A DNA stretch of 64,000 nucleotides, taken from positions 2,240,001 through 2,304,000 of the forward strand of contig OZ241329.1 in NCBI GenBank assembly GCA_965199825.1, given 5' to 3'. A program made the translations under genes and the position numbers. The notes under the pieces were generated by a model. The model was not told the DNA's origin. It searched no databases and worked only from the letters and a program-made list of their open reading frames with translations. Positions within the stretch are counted from its first letter, which is position 1; each line of letters begins with the position of its first letter. The DNA comes from Bdellovibrionales bacterium (GTDB taxonomy: Bacteria; Bdellovibrionota; Bdellovibrionia; Bdellovibrionales; UBA1609). Shown here one piece after another: positions 28,728-38,041 of this stretch.

Positions 28728-29414
28728 TTAGAGCTTAGTGAGCGGGGCAGTGAGCCAAGCACAAAAATCGGGTTGGGCCGCGATCAGCTCATCGTTTTGA
28801 CGTCGCGAAATGGAATGGTCCCGTTCTTTATTGAGCAAACCTAAAACGTTCGCTAATTGAAATTTTGCGTCTCGATGATGATATCCAAAGTTGATCAAAT
28901 TGACCAACGCAAGCTTGTTGTTCGGCTGAAAAATGAGATTTCTGACCGATTCAACCCTTAGAAGGGTGTTTTGAGGGAAAACTTGAAGGATAAGGCGATC
29001 TTGGTGTGCTGAATTTGGGGTAAACACTCCGGGAACCAAATTCGTCTCGATCCAAATGGAATGACTTAAAATCGCAAGTTCTTTGAGCGACCTTACCGGG
29101 CGCGCCACCTCTATTAAATAATACAGCGGACTCATGTCGGTTTGGGGGTTGTGATCATAGGCCAATGCGAATTGATAGGCTAAAACCGCTTCGTAAAATT
29201 GGCGATTTTCTTTAAAGATATTTCCCATTTCGATGGCTGCGAGAACGATTCGTCGGGATTCAGTAAGGAGAACCGAAGTCTTTTTGGCCAACGACTCGCT
29301 GTAGGAGGATTTGGCGATGTCGTGTTGTGCGGTTTGAATCACTTCTTGGTACATGGCAATTTTTGAAACAGATCCAAAAACGGTCGAACCAAAAAATATT
29401 AAAATCAACAACAT
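28728..29414 (-). CDS. Hypothetical secreted protein with a TPR-like helix pair
   Basis: Signal peptide; MGNIF..QFYEAVLAYQFAL. Confidence 0.6.
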   Translation of the reverse strand: MLLILIFFGSTVFGSVSKIAMYQEVIQTAQHDIAKSSYSESLAKKTSVLLTESRRIVLAAIEMGNIFKENRQFYEAVLAYQFALAYDHNPQTDMSPLYYLIEVARPVRSLKELAILSHSIWIETNLVPGVFTPNSAHQDRLILQVFPQNTLLRVESVRNLIFQPNNKLALVNLINFGYHHRDAKFQLANVLGLLNKERDHSISRRQNDELIAAQPDFCAWLTAPLTKL

Positions 29415-29446
29415 GGATAAATTGTGACGAGCCTTTTATCCATGTT
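29410..29446. repeat. Perfect 12-bp inverted repeat overlapping a start codon
   Basis: AACATGGATAAA-N13-TTTATCCATGTT. Confidence 0.85.
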
Positions 29447-29453
29447 CAACAAA

Positions 29454-30074
29454 TTATTTTTCGAGTTGGGCGTATTCGCTTTCCATAAATAAACTGGCGT
29501 TGCCACCTTTGGCGCGGATCCCATCAATAACCGTTTTGGCTTGGGCTGAACGTTTGTTGGCAATCAACATTTTAACATAGCTTTGGGTTACGGTTACTTG
29601 GAGGGCATCGACCTTTGAGGCGAGCACGCGCTCGTAATATTGCGAGGCTTGATCGATCATTCCGAGCTGTCCTAACACCTTGGCATAATCATAAGAAGCA
29701 TCCACACTCAATCCGCCAGAGCGAAAATAACTACCAAAAGAATTTGCCGACTCACGAAATTTTTGACGTTGCATCTGGATTTTACCGAGTTGGGTTAAAG
29801 CCTCAACTTGTGTTGTGGCTTCACTCTGAAGAGCACTCTCGGCACAGTCCAAGTTTTTTCTTTCAAGACATATTTTTGCCAGCTCATCGGCATCATGGGC
29901 ACTGAGCGAGGACATCATGCTTTTTATTTGCAAAGGTATGATAGACAAAAAATGACTGTCCCATTTGATTGCCTGGATAAAACAGAGAACCACCACTAAA
30001 GAAAGTGTCACGCTGACTTTTGAAAATCTCTTAAAAATTTCTCTTTCGGCCTGACGTTCATAATTAACAAACAT
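29454..30074 (-). CDS. Membrane-anchored TPR protein
   Basis: TM segment, then TPR-like repeats (LGKIQM, YAKVLGQLG..ASQYYE); AAGGAG SD. Confidence 0.75.
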   Translation of the reverse strand: MFVNYERQAEREIFKRFSKVSVTLSLVVVLCFIQAIKWDSHFLSIIPLQIKSMMSSLSAHDADELAKICLERKNLDCAESALQSEATTQVEALTQLGKIQMQRQKFRESANSFGSYFRSGGLSVDASYDYAKVLGQLGMIDQASQYYERVLASKVDALQVTVTQSYVKMLIANKRSAQAKTVIDGIRAKGGNASLFMESEYAQLEK

Positions 30075-30109
30075 AACCACTCTCCTTGTGAGTTCTTATT
30101 TAATGATAG

Positions 30110-30125
30110 AGCAACCTAGACGCCA
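30110..30125 (-). promoter_or_regulatory. Sigma54 promoter
   Basis: TGGCGTCTAGGTTGCT (GG-N10-GC), ~36 nt upstream of the ATG. Confidence 0.65.
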
Positions 30126-30194
30126 CCTTGCCTCGCTTTTGTTTTGGTTTTAAGCTTTTACAGTTTGAAAAAAACTCTTTTGAGGTGACAATTT

Positions 30195-31328
30195 TTGAGA
30201 GCGTCGTTGGTTTTAATCCTATTGTTTTTGGTTCATTGTGCAAGGTCTCCTTTAAAAAATGCGGATCAAGCCCTCAAACTTGTCACCAAAAAGATCACCC
30301 TAAAAGATGATCAAAACTTAGATTTGCTTAAAACCGCAATTGAGCAATCGGCCTTAGCTCTCGAAAAGAACGCGGGTGTGCTCAAATTTGGCTCGATGAC
30401 CATCTCCAAAGAGGTGTATGCGGCCCAGCTTAAAAATCTCTTAAAAGTGCCAAACGATCAGCTTGTCAGCGAAATTCAGAACCATTTTGATTTCTATGAG
30501 GTCTATGGTGAACGAAGGTTGGGCGAGGTCTTTGTGACCTCTTATTTTGAGCCGGTACTTGAGGCCTCAGTCAAACCCTCAAAGCGGCTCTCACAAGCCC
30601 TCTATCAGGCGCCAAAGGATTTGATCTCGATTGATTCCAAATCCTTTCATGAGCGATTCTCTTATTTTGATGATCAATTTAAACTGTCATTTTTAAAAGG
30701 GCGTTTGCTTCAGCCCGAGATGCGGCTTGTGCCCTTTTACAATCGAAAAGAGATCGATCAGGATTTAAATCTCAAAAACCAAAATCTTGAGATTGGCTAT
30801 GTGGATCCGGTGGATGCCTTTACGGTTCAAATTCAAGGGTCGGGCACCTTGATCTTTCAAAATCAAAAAAAAATCCGCATCGGTTACGCCAATCAAAATG
30901 GCTATCCCTATGTGGCCATCGGCAAATTTTTGCTCGACCGCATTCCGCTTGAAAAGATGACTCTGCAAACAATCGAAGCCGCACTTCACGACATGACAAA
31001 CCAAGAGCGCCAAGCGATCATGAACAAAAATCCATCTTATGTTTTTTTTAAAATTATGGATGGTGATCCCAAAACATTTTTTGGAATACCTGCGGTCGAG
31101 GGGCGAACGATCGCAACCGATCAACGCTATTTTCCAAAGGGCGCATTGGCTTTTTTGGATTTTCCGGCAAACGAAATACCATCTCGTCTGGTGATCGATG
31201 CCGACACGGGCGGTGCGATTAAGGGTGCGGGGCGTGTGGATCTTTTTGCAGGTCGCGGTGTTGAATCCAAAAAATTCGCAGGCCAAATTAAAAATCGGGG
31301 GCGACTCTACTATCTTGTCCCAAAATAA
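30195..31328 (+). CDS. mltA: Lytic murein transglycosylase A
   Basis: TSYFEP, QIQGSG, NGYPY, NPSYVFF, DTGGAIKGAGRVDLF. Confidence 0.93.
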   Translation: MRASLVLILLFLVHCARSPLKNADQALKLVTKKITLKDDQNLDLLKTAIEQSALALEKNAGVLKFGSMTISKEVYAAQLKNLLKVPNDQLVSEIQNHFDFYEVYGERRLGEVFVTSYFEPVLEASVKPSKRLSQALYQAPKDLISIDSKSFHERFSYFDDQFKLSFLKGRLLQPEMRLVPFYNRKEIDQDLNLKNQNLEIGYVDPVDAFTVQIQGSGTLIFQNQKKIRIGYANQNGYPYVAIGKFLLDRIPLEKMTLQTIEAALHDMTNQERQAIMNKNPSYVFFKIMDGDPKTFFGIPAVEGRTIATDQRYFPKGALAFLDFPANEIPSRLVIDADTGGAIKGAGRVDLFAGRGVESKKFAGQIKNRGRLYYLVPK

Positions 31329-31412
31329 AAGGGACAGCTCAGTCCTTATCCATAAAGACTGAGCTGCGGGGGTAGAGTGGGAGAGGGGGTAGATGCCGTC
31401 CATGACATCTGC
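31325..31412 (-). ncRNA. Candidate sigma54-dependent small RNA with two GGA-loop hairpins
   Basis: Promoter at 31423-31438; hairpin 1 at 31391-31410; C-rich linker; hairpin 2 / terminator at 31335-31366 followed by UCCCUUUUAUUUU. Confidence 0.6.
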
Positions 31413-31422
31413 TAACCTATAG

Positions 31423-31438
31423 AGCAAGCGATGTGCCT
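31423..31438 (-). promoter_or_regulatory. Sigma54 promoter for the candidate sRNA
   Basis: AGGCACATCGCTTGCT (GGCAC-N5-TTGC). Confidence 0.7.
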
Positions 31439-31642
31439 CAATGTTCGTTGAAAGTTTCAAAGACAATTTTTGTCGCTCAGCTGTACGGATTTCATTCAAT
31501 AAGCAACTGCGTGCTCAAGAATATTTGATCGCCAATTCCAAATGAAAAAATTTTGTTTCGAGGCTTGGGCGTTGGATTAAAAAAAATCCGATTCTGCCGC
31601 CCTTTGTCGGCATTTGACGCAAAGATCGTCACTCTCTAGGGT

Positions 31643-32641
31643 ATGCCGATGCAAACAGTTTTAACCGGGGTCAAACCCACAGGTCAGCCCCATATCGGAA
31701 ATTACTTAGGTGCGATCAAACCCGCCCTGTCATTTCAAAGCACCACACATACTTTTTTGTTTATTGCCGACTACCACTCACTCACCGCTGCAACCCAACC
31801 CAAGGAGCTCAATGCTTGGGTGTATGAGTTGGCGGCCACGTGGATTGCTTGTGGTCTTGATCCCGAGCAAACGGTGTTTTATCGCCAAAGCGATATCCCT
31901 GAAAATTTTGAGCTCTATTGGGTTTTAAGTTGCCTTTCATCTAAGGGCTTAATGAACCGCGCCCACGCATACAAAGCCAAGGTCCAAGAAAATGTTGAGG
32001 CTGCTCGCGAAGATCAAGATCACGGTGTAAACATGGGTTTGTTTACTTATCCTTTGTTGATGAGTTCTGATATTTTGTTATTTGATGCCGACACTGTTCC
32101 GACGGGTGAGGATCAACTCCAGCATATCGAGATCGCCCGCGATTTGGCTCAGCGAATGAATCATCACTATGGGCCCATACTCAAGGTTCCAAGTCCTCAA
32201 ATCCGCACCCAAATGAAAACGGTGCTTGGGCTTGATGGGCGAAAGATGAGCAAATCTTATAACAATACGATTCCACTGTTTTCAGAAGAAAAAAAGCTGC
32301 GCTCTCTCATTATGAAAATTAAAACCGATTCGACCCCACCCGAAGCTCCAAAGGAAACCAAAGGATCTTTGTTATTTGATTGGTATCAGCACTGGGCAAC
32401 CGCTCAAGAGATTGAAGCCCTTTCTGAACGCTATGCCAAGGGCATTGCGTGGGGCCATGTGAAAGAAGAACTGTTTGAAGTCATCAACCGCGAGATCAAA
32501 CCTTTAAGAGAAGTTTATCAATCGGTGATTGGTGATAAAGACAAAATCGATCAAATTTTAAAGCGGGGAGCCGATAAAGCGCGCGAGGTGGCTAAACAAA
32601 CTTTGTTAAGAGTGCGCAAAGCCACCGGCATCGAGCGCTAG
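31643..32641 (+). CDS. trpS: Tryptophanyl-tRNA synthetase
   Basis: PTGQPHIGNYLGA, ADYH, YPLLM..DIL, GEDQ, KMSKS. Confidence 0.97.
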   Translation: MPMQTVLTGVKPTGQPHIGNYLGAIKPALSFQSTTHTFLFIADYHSLTAATQPKELNAWVYELAATWIACGLDPEQTVFYRQSDIPENFELYWVLSCLSSKGLMNRAHAYKAKVQENVEAAREDQDHGVNMGLFTYPLLMSSDILLFDADTVPTGEDQLQHIEIARDLAQRMNHHYGPILKVPSPQIRTQMKTVLGLDGRKMSKSYNNTIPLFSEEKKLRSLIMKIKTDSTPPEAPKETKGSLLFDWYQHWATAQEIEALSERYAKGIAWGHVKEELFEVINREIKPLREVYQSVIGDKDKIDQILKRGADKAREVAKQTLLRVRKATGIER

Positions 32642-34023
32642 ATTTGGCGCGCCCGTTTGTCTACCGCCAATGCGGCTTCACGAACCGCTTCGGCTAAAGT
32701 GGGATGGGCATGAAAGCTTCGTGCGATATCTTCGCTACTTGCCGAAAATTCCATGGCGATCACCGCCTCGGCAATCATATCCGAAGCCCTTGGCCCTAAA
32801 ATATGAACTCCCAAAACCCGGTCGGTTTTTTTATCGGCCAATATTTTAACCAATCCATCGGTTGAAGCCATTGTTTTTGCGCGTCCATTGGCCACAAACG
32901 GAAAGCTTCCCATATTGTATTCGATGCCTGATTCTTTTAATTGCTCTTCGGTTTGTCCCACTGACGCTACTTCGGGCCATGTGTAGATCACTCCAGGAAC
33001 CGTACCATAGTTCACATGTCCAACACCTGTGACCATAAACTCGGCAACAGCCACGCCTTCTTCTTCGGCCTTGTGGGCAAGCATCGGCCCTTTGATCACG
33101 TCGCCAATCGCAAACACATTTTCAACCGAAGTTTGATAGTGCTCGTTGACCTCGATTTGTCCCCGAGGCTCGAGCTTTAATCCAATCGATTCGGCATTTA
33201 GGCCCGAGGTGTTGGGCTTGCGACCAGCTGAAACCAACACCACATCGGCTTCGAGCTCTTTTGTTTCGCCGCCTGTTGAAAATCGTACTTTGGCACCTTG
33301 TTGATGAACCTCGGCACTCTCAACTTTGGCGTTAAGGATAAATTCCATTCCCTGTTTTTTTAAAATCTGTTGCAGTTTTGAACTGATCTGAAGATCCATC
33401 GCTCCACAGATGTGATCGGCATATTCGATAACGGTGACCTTGGCTCCTAACCGCATCCACACCGATCCGAGTTCGAGCCCGATATAGCCCGCACCCACCA
33501 CAAGAAGATGCTTTGGAACTTCGGCTAACTCTAGGGCTCCGGTTGAGTCCACCACAATTTTATTATCCACCGGTAAACTTGGGATTTGATTGACCGAACT
33601 GCCGGTGGCAATCACAACTTTTTTGGCTTCAACAGTTTGATCACCAACTTTGATTTTGGTGGGGGTGACAAAAGATCCGGTCCCTTTGAATGTGGTGATT
33701 TTATTTTTTTTAAATAAATATCCAACACCACCTGTAAGGTCTTTAACTATTTTTTGTTTACGCGCCATCATTTTTGAAAGATCCAGTGTCACGTTTGAAA
33801 CATTGACCCCATGACTTTCGAGTTCATGATTGGCATTCAAAAAATGCTCACTCGATTCAAGCAGGGCTTTCGAAGGAATACACCCCACATTGAGGCAGGT
33901 GCCTCCAAAGGTTTCTTCTTTTTCGATCACCGCGGTTTTAAGCCCAAGCTGTGCCGCACGAATGGCGCAAACATAACCGCCGGGACCTGAACCAATCACA
34001 ACCAAATCAAAAACTTCTGACAT
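32638..34023 (-). CDS. lpdA: Dihydrolipoamide dehydrogenase (E3)
   Basis: GSGPGG, GGTCLNVGCIPSK, HAHPTLAE. Confidence 0.97.
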   Translation of the reverse strand: MSEVFDLVVIGSGPGGYVCAIRAAQLGLKTAVIEKEETFGGTCLNVGCIPSKALLESSEHFLNANHELESHGVNVSNVTLDLSKMMARKQKIVKDLTGGVGYLFKKNKITTFKGTGSFVTPTKIKVGDQTVEAKKVVIATGSSVNQIPSLPVDNKIVVDSTGALELAEVPKHLLVVGAGYIGLELGSVWMRLGAKVTVIEYADHICGAMDLQISSKLQQILKKQGMEFILNAKVESAEVHQQGAKVRFSTGGETKELEADVVLVSAGRKPNTSGLNAESIGLKLEPRGQIEVNEHYQTSVENVFAIGDVIKGPMLAHKAEEEGVAVAEFMVTGVGHVNYGTVPGVIYTWPEVASVGQTEEQLKESGIEYNMGSFPFVANGRAKTMASTDGLVKILADKKTDRVLGVHILGPRASDMIAEAVIAMEFSASSEDIARSFHAHPTLAEAVREAALAVDKRARQI

Positions 34024-35208
34024 TTAAATCTCCAATAAAAGACGTTGAGGGTCTTCGAGGCTTTCTTTGACCTTCACCAAAAAGCTCACACTCTCTTGCC
34101 CATCTACCATGCGGTGATCATAGGAAAGTGCAAGGTACATCATCGGCCGAATTTCAACTTTTCCATTGATCACCACCGCGCGGTCTTCAATCTTATGCAT
34201 CCCTAAAATTCCGCTTTGGGGTGGATTCAAAATGGGTGTCGACATCAGCGAACCATAAACCCCACCGTTGGTGATGGTAAAAGTACCGCCGCTTAAATCA
34301 TCCACCGAAATTTTTCCGTCGCGAGCTTTCACCGCATAATCGCGAATCGACTGCTCAATTTGCGACAGACTCATATTTTGAGCATTGCGAATCACAGGAA
34401 CCATCAATCCACGCTCGGTGCCCACAGCAATACCGATATGATAGTTGTTGTTATAAACAATATCTGTTTTATCAAGCCGTGCATTCACTTTTGGAAAGGC
34501 CTTAAGGCCAGCAATCACTGCTCTCACAAAAAAGCTCATAAAGCCGAGGCCAACGTTGTGCTTTTCTTTGAATGAATCCTTATAGCGTGAACGAAGGTTC
34601 ATAATTGCACTCATGTCCACTTCGTTAAACGTGGTCAAGATCGCAGCGGTCTGTTGAGCTTCGACCAAACGCTCGGCAATTTTTTTCCTCAAAGTGCTCA
34701 TCGGCTCGCGACGAGTGTCGTCTTTTGAATTTTGAATAGGTTGAGGAGGGGGCGTCGCTTTTGGAACAGCAGCTGGTGGAGTTGATTTTTGTTCGACATC
34801 GGCTTTGGTCAAACGGCCATCTTTACCGGTGCCGGTAATTGTTTTGGGATCGATCTTTTGTTCTTCGACCACACGACGGACCGCCGGCGATAAGGGCTGA
34901 TCTTTAACTTCGGTGGCCTTCACATTCGGAACAGGAGTTGTTTTTGGTGGGGCACTTGGTTTCGAACTCTGAGCTTCAGAGTCAATGGTGCCGATCACCG
35001 CTCCCACTTGCACGGTCTCACCACTTTTGGCCGATGTTTGAAGCACACCTTCGTGCTCTGAAACCACCTCGACACTGGCCTTGTCGGTTTCAAGGGTCAA
35101 AATCACATCGTCACGTTTGATCAAGTCGCCGCTATTTTTGAGCCACTGACCGATTGTGGCTTCGGTGATCGATTCGCCAACCGCGGGAACTTTAATATCT
35201 ACTTTCAT
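34024..35208 (-). CDS. sucB: Dihydrolipoamide succinyltransferase (E2)
   Basis: ETDKA lipoyl site, [18 protein letters not shown]; start ATG 35208. Confidence 0.96.
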   Translation of the reverse strand: MKVDIKVPAVGESITEATIGQWLKNSGDLIKRDDVILTLETDKASVEVVSEHEGVLQTSAKSGETVQVGAVIGTIDSEAQSSKPSAPPKTTPVPNVKATEVKDQPLSPAVRRVVEEQKIDPKTITGTGKDGRLTKADVEQKSTPPAAVPKATPPPQPIQNSKDDTRREPMSTLRKKIAERLVEAQQTAAILTTFNEVDMSAIMNLRSRYKDSFKEKHNVGLGFMSFFVRAVIAGLKAFPKVNARLDKTDIVYNNNYHIGIAVGTERGLMVPVIRNAQNMSLSQIEQSIRDYAVKARDGKISVDDLSGGTFTITNGGVYGSLMSTPILNPPQSGILGMHKIEDRAVVINGKVEIRPMMYLALSYDHRMVDGQESVSFLVKVKESLEDPQRLLLEI

Positions 35209-35218
35209 GATCTCTTCC

Positions 35219-37942
35219 TTATTTTTGAAAACACTGATTGATGATTTCGTTTTGTTCGCGAGCATGTGTCTTTGCAGATCCGGTTGCGGGTGAGGCCCGA
35301 TCGGTTCGACCCACATACTCGATCTCAATTTTTTTAAGTCCTAATTCATCGAGCAATTGGCGAAGCCGAGGTTGAACAAAAGTATAGCCCCCCATATTTT
35401 TTGGCTCCTCTTGAGCCCAAATTAATTTTTTCAAATGGGAATAGCCATTCACAAAAGGGGTCAGTTGGGTTTTGGGAAAGGGATAAAATTGCTCAAGCCG
35501 AATGACCGCCACATTTTTAATATTTTTTTCTTCGCGGTATTTATCAAGATCGTAAAATAATTTACCCGAACAGAGCACCACAGTGTCCACATCTTGTGGC
35601 GCACTGATAAAAGGATCATCCAAAACTTCTTGAAAGTGGCCAAACAAAAGTTCTTCGGCTTGCGAAATCACTTTTGGATGACGCAGCAAGGATTTTGGCG
35701 ACATCACAACAAGGGGCTTTCTAAAATCTCTGCGCACCTGACGTCTCAATGCATGAAAGATTTGGGCGGGTGTTGTCAGATTGCAAACTTGCATATTGTC
35801 TTGAGCACAGAGTTGCAAAAATCGCTCAAGCCGAGCACTCGAATGCTCAGGCCCTTGACCTTCATAACCATGAGGGAGAAGCAGAGTGAGTCCACAGCCT
35901 CTGGCCCATTTTTCTTCACCACTTGATAAAAATTGATCGATCACAATTTGGGCCCCATTGGCGAAATCACCAAACTGAGCTTCCCAAACGGTAAGGTAAG
36001 TGGGATCAGAAATTGAATTTCCATATTCAAATCCCAACACCGCCATTTCGGAGAGCAAAGAATTGTAGATCACAAATTCGCCGTGCTCAGGATTTAAAGT
36101 GGCAAGCGGACAAAACCCTTTGCCGTCTTTGCTATCAAAATAAACCGCATGTCGGTGCGAAAATGTTCCGCGTTTGACATCTTGACCCGAAATTCTCACA
36201 GGCGTTCCTTCAACACACAAAGTGCCGTAGGCCAAGAGTTCGCCAAGTGCCCAATCCACCCGGCCCGAACCCAGAAGTTCTTTGCGGGTTTGTAAGAGCT
36301 TTTGAACTTTTGGATTAAGATGAAAATTTGGTGGATCTTCGGTCAAAACTTTTCCGACCTTGGTCATCAATTCCATAGGAACGGCGGTCTCAGGAGATTT
36401 CTCAAAATCCTCATGTTTTGCGCGTCTCAGATTTTTCCAAAATTTTTCAAAGGCGTGAGGTTTAATTTCTGGCGGATTGGACCGGGTGTTATCAAGAACC
36501 CCTTGGAGATTTTGCATTTTTTCTTGATAAAAGTTTTTGATTTCATCTTCGCTCAAAACTTTTTGGGCAACACATTGTTTGCCGTAAATTTCCATCAGAG
36601 TCGCATGCTTTTTGATATTCTCAACCATCACCGGTTGAGTAAAAGCGGGCTCATCTTGCTCGTTGTGACCATGACGTCGGTAACAGATCAAATCGATAAC
36701 CAAATCCTCACCAAATTTTTGTCGAAACTCGATCGAAATTTCCATCGCTTTAATGCAAGCTTCAACATCATCCCCATTGACCAAAAGTATGGGAGCCTTG
36801 ATCGATTTTGCCATATCAGAAGAGTAGCGAGTCGATCGGGTTTGATCGGGATCGGTGGTGAATCCCACCTGATTATTAATGATGATATGAATGGTTCCGC
36901 CAACCGTATACCCTTGAAGGCGCGACATCTGTAAGGTTTCGGCCACCACACCTTGACCCGAAAAAGCGGCGTCGCCATGAATTAAAATTGGCAAAACTTT
37001 TTTGCGTTCAACCGTATCGTTGCGGCGTCGTTGTTTGGCGCGCGACATTCCCAAAACCACAGGATTGACGATCTCAAGATGTGAAGGATTAAAAGCCAGC
37101 GACACATGACATGGACCATTTGGTGTTTCTTTATCGCACGAGTAGCCTAAATGATATTTCACATCGCCATCATAGGCATGATCGATACGGGCAATGCCGT
37201 CGAACTCAGCCAAAATATCGCCGAGAGCTTTACCCATAAAATTGGCGAGCACGTTGACCCGGCCGCGATGAGCCATTCCGATCACAATCTCTTCAATATG
37301 AAGAGGTGTTCCCATCTGCACCGAAAATTCGAGCATGGGCATCAGCGCATCACCACCTTCAATCGAAAAACGTTTGCTACTCACAAAGCGGGCTTGCAAA
37401 AATTTTTCGAGCGATTCGGTCCGGGCTAAGCTGTGATAAATCGCAATCTTTTGTTCTTTGGAAATTTCTGATTTGGGACTTTCTAAAATTTGTCGAAACC
37501 ACTGCGCCACTTCGGGGCGACAATCAGAAACCTGTGCGGTCAAACTTCCGCAATAAGCATTTTCAAGTTTTGTGATGATCTCGCGCAGTGTACTTGTCCC
37601 AAGTCCAGCAAACGCTCCCACTTTAAAAGTCTTATCGAGATCTTTATCACTCAAAGAAAAATTTTTGAGATCAAACAATTCGGTCTGTTTGGAGCTTAAT
37701 CCCAAGGGGTCGAGATTGGCTTTGAGGTGACCGTAATCGCGATAAGTTTGGATCAGATTTAAAACATTGAGTTCATCTTGCGAAAGCTCGCCCGAATTTT
37801 TAAATCCGCTAAATTCCATGCCTTCAAAAAAAGCGCGCAACGTGGCTTCGACCGACGACGGATCGCTTTGAAATTGATGATACATAGTTTCGAGATATTC
37901 AAGATTCGAGCGCGATGCGAACTCCGAGTTTTTCACAGGCAA
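35219..37942 (-). CDS. sucA: 2-oxoglutarate dehydrogenase E1
   Basis: [39 protein letters not shown]. Confidence 0.97.
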   Translation of the reverse strand: MPVKNSEFASRSNLEYLETMYHQFQSDPSSVEATLRAFFEGMEFSGFKNSGELSQDELNVLNLIQTYRDYGHLKANLDPLGLSSKQTELFDLKNFSLSDKDLDKTFKVGAFAGLGTSTLREIITKLENAYCGSLTAQVSDCRPEVAQWFRQILESPKSEISKEQKIAIYHSLARTESLEKFLQARFVSSKRFSIEGGDALMPMLEFSVQMGTPLHIEEIVIGMAHRGRVNVLANFMGKALGDILAEFDGIARIDHAYDGDVKYHLGYSCDKETPNGPCHVSLAFNPSHLEIVNPVVLGMSRAKQRRRNDTVERKKVLPILIHGDAAFSGQGVVAETLQMSRLQGYTVGGTIHIIINNQVGFTTDPDQTRSTRYSSDMAKSIKAPILLVNGDDVEACIKAMEISIEFRQKFGEDLVIDLICYRRHGHNEQDEPAFTQPVMVENIKKHATLMEIYGKQCVAQKVLSEDEIKNFYQEKMQNLQGVLDNTRSNPPEIKPHAFEKFWKNLRRAKHEDFEKSPETAVPMELMTKVGKVLTEDPPNFHLNPKVQKLLQTRKELLGSGRVDWALGELLAYGTLCVEGTPVRISGQDVKRGTFSHRHAVYFDSKDGKGFCPLATLNPEHGEFVIYNSLLSEMAVLGFEYGNSISDPTYLTVWEAQFGDFANGAQIVIDQFLSSGEEKWARGCGLTLLLPHGYEGQGPEHSSARLERFLQLCAQDNMQVCNLTTPAQIFHALRRQVRRDFRKPLVVMSPKSLLRHPKVISQAEELLFGHFQEVLDDPFISAPQDVDTVVLCSGKLFYDLDKYREEKNIKNVAVIRLEQFYPFPKTQLTPFVNGYSHLKKLIWAQEEPKNMGGYTFVQPRLRQLLDELGLKKIEIEYVGRTDRASPATGSAKTHAREQNEIINQCFQK

Positions 37943-38041
37943 AAATTCCTTAATAAGAAGTGAATTGGGAAGGGTCAGTTATACCAGACATCTGACAAAA
38001 TCTTTAGACTTTCTGCGTTAGTCACACTACAACCAAAGCCT

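Noticed and set aside
30765..31499. 244-aa minus-strand ORF
   Set aside because: It is antisense to mltA with no motifs; the intergenic part is better explained by the sRNA candidate.
36302..36934. 210-aa plus-strand ORF and similar short ORFs within housekeeping genes
   Set aside because: They are antisense or alternate-frame shadows of well-supported genes.
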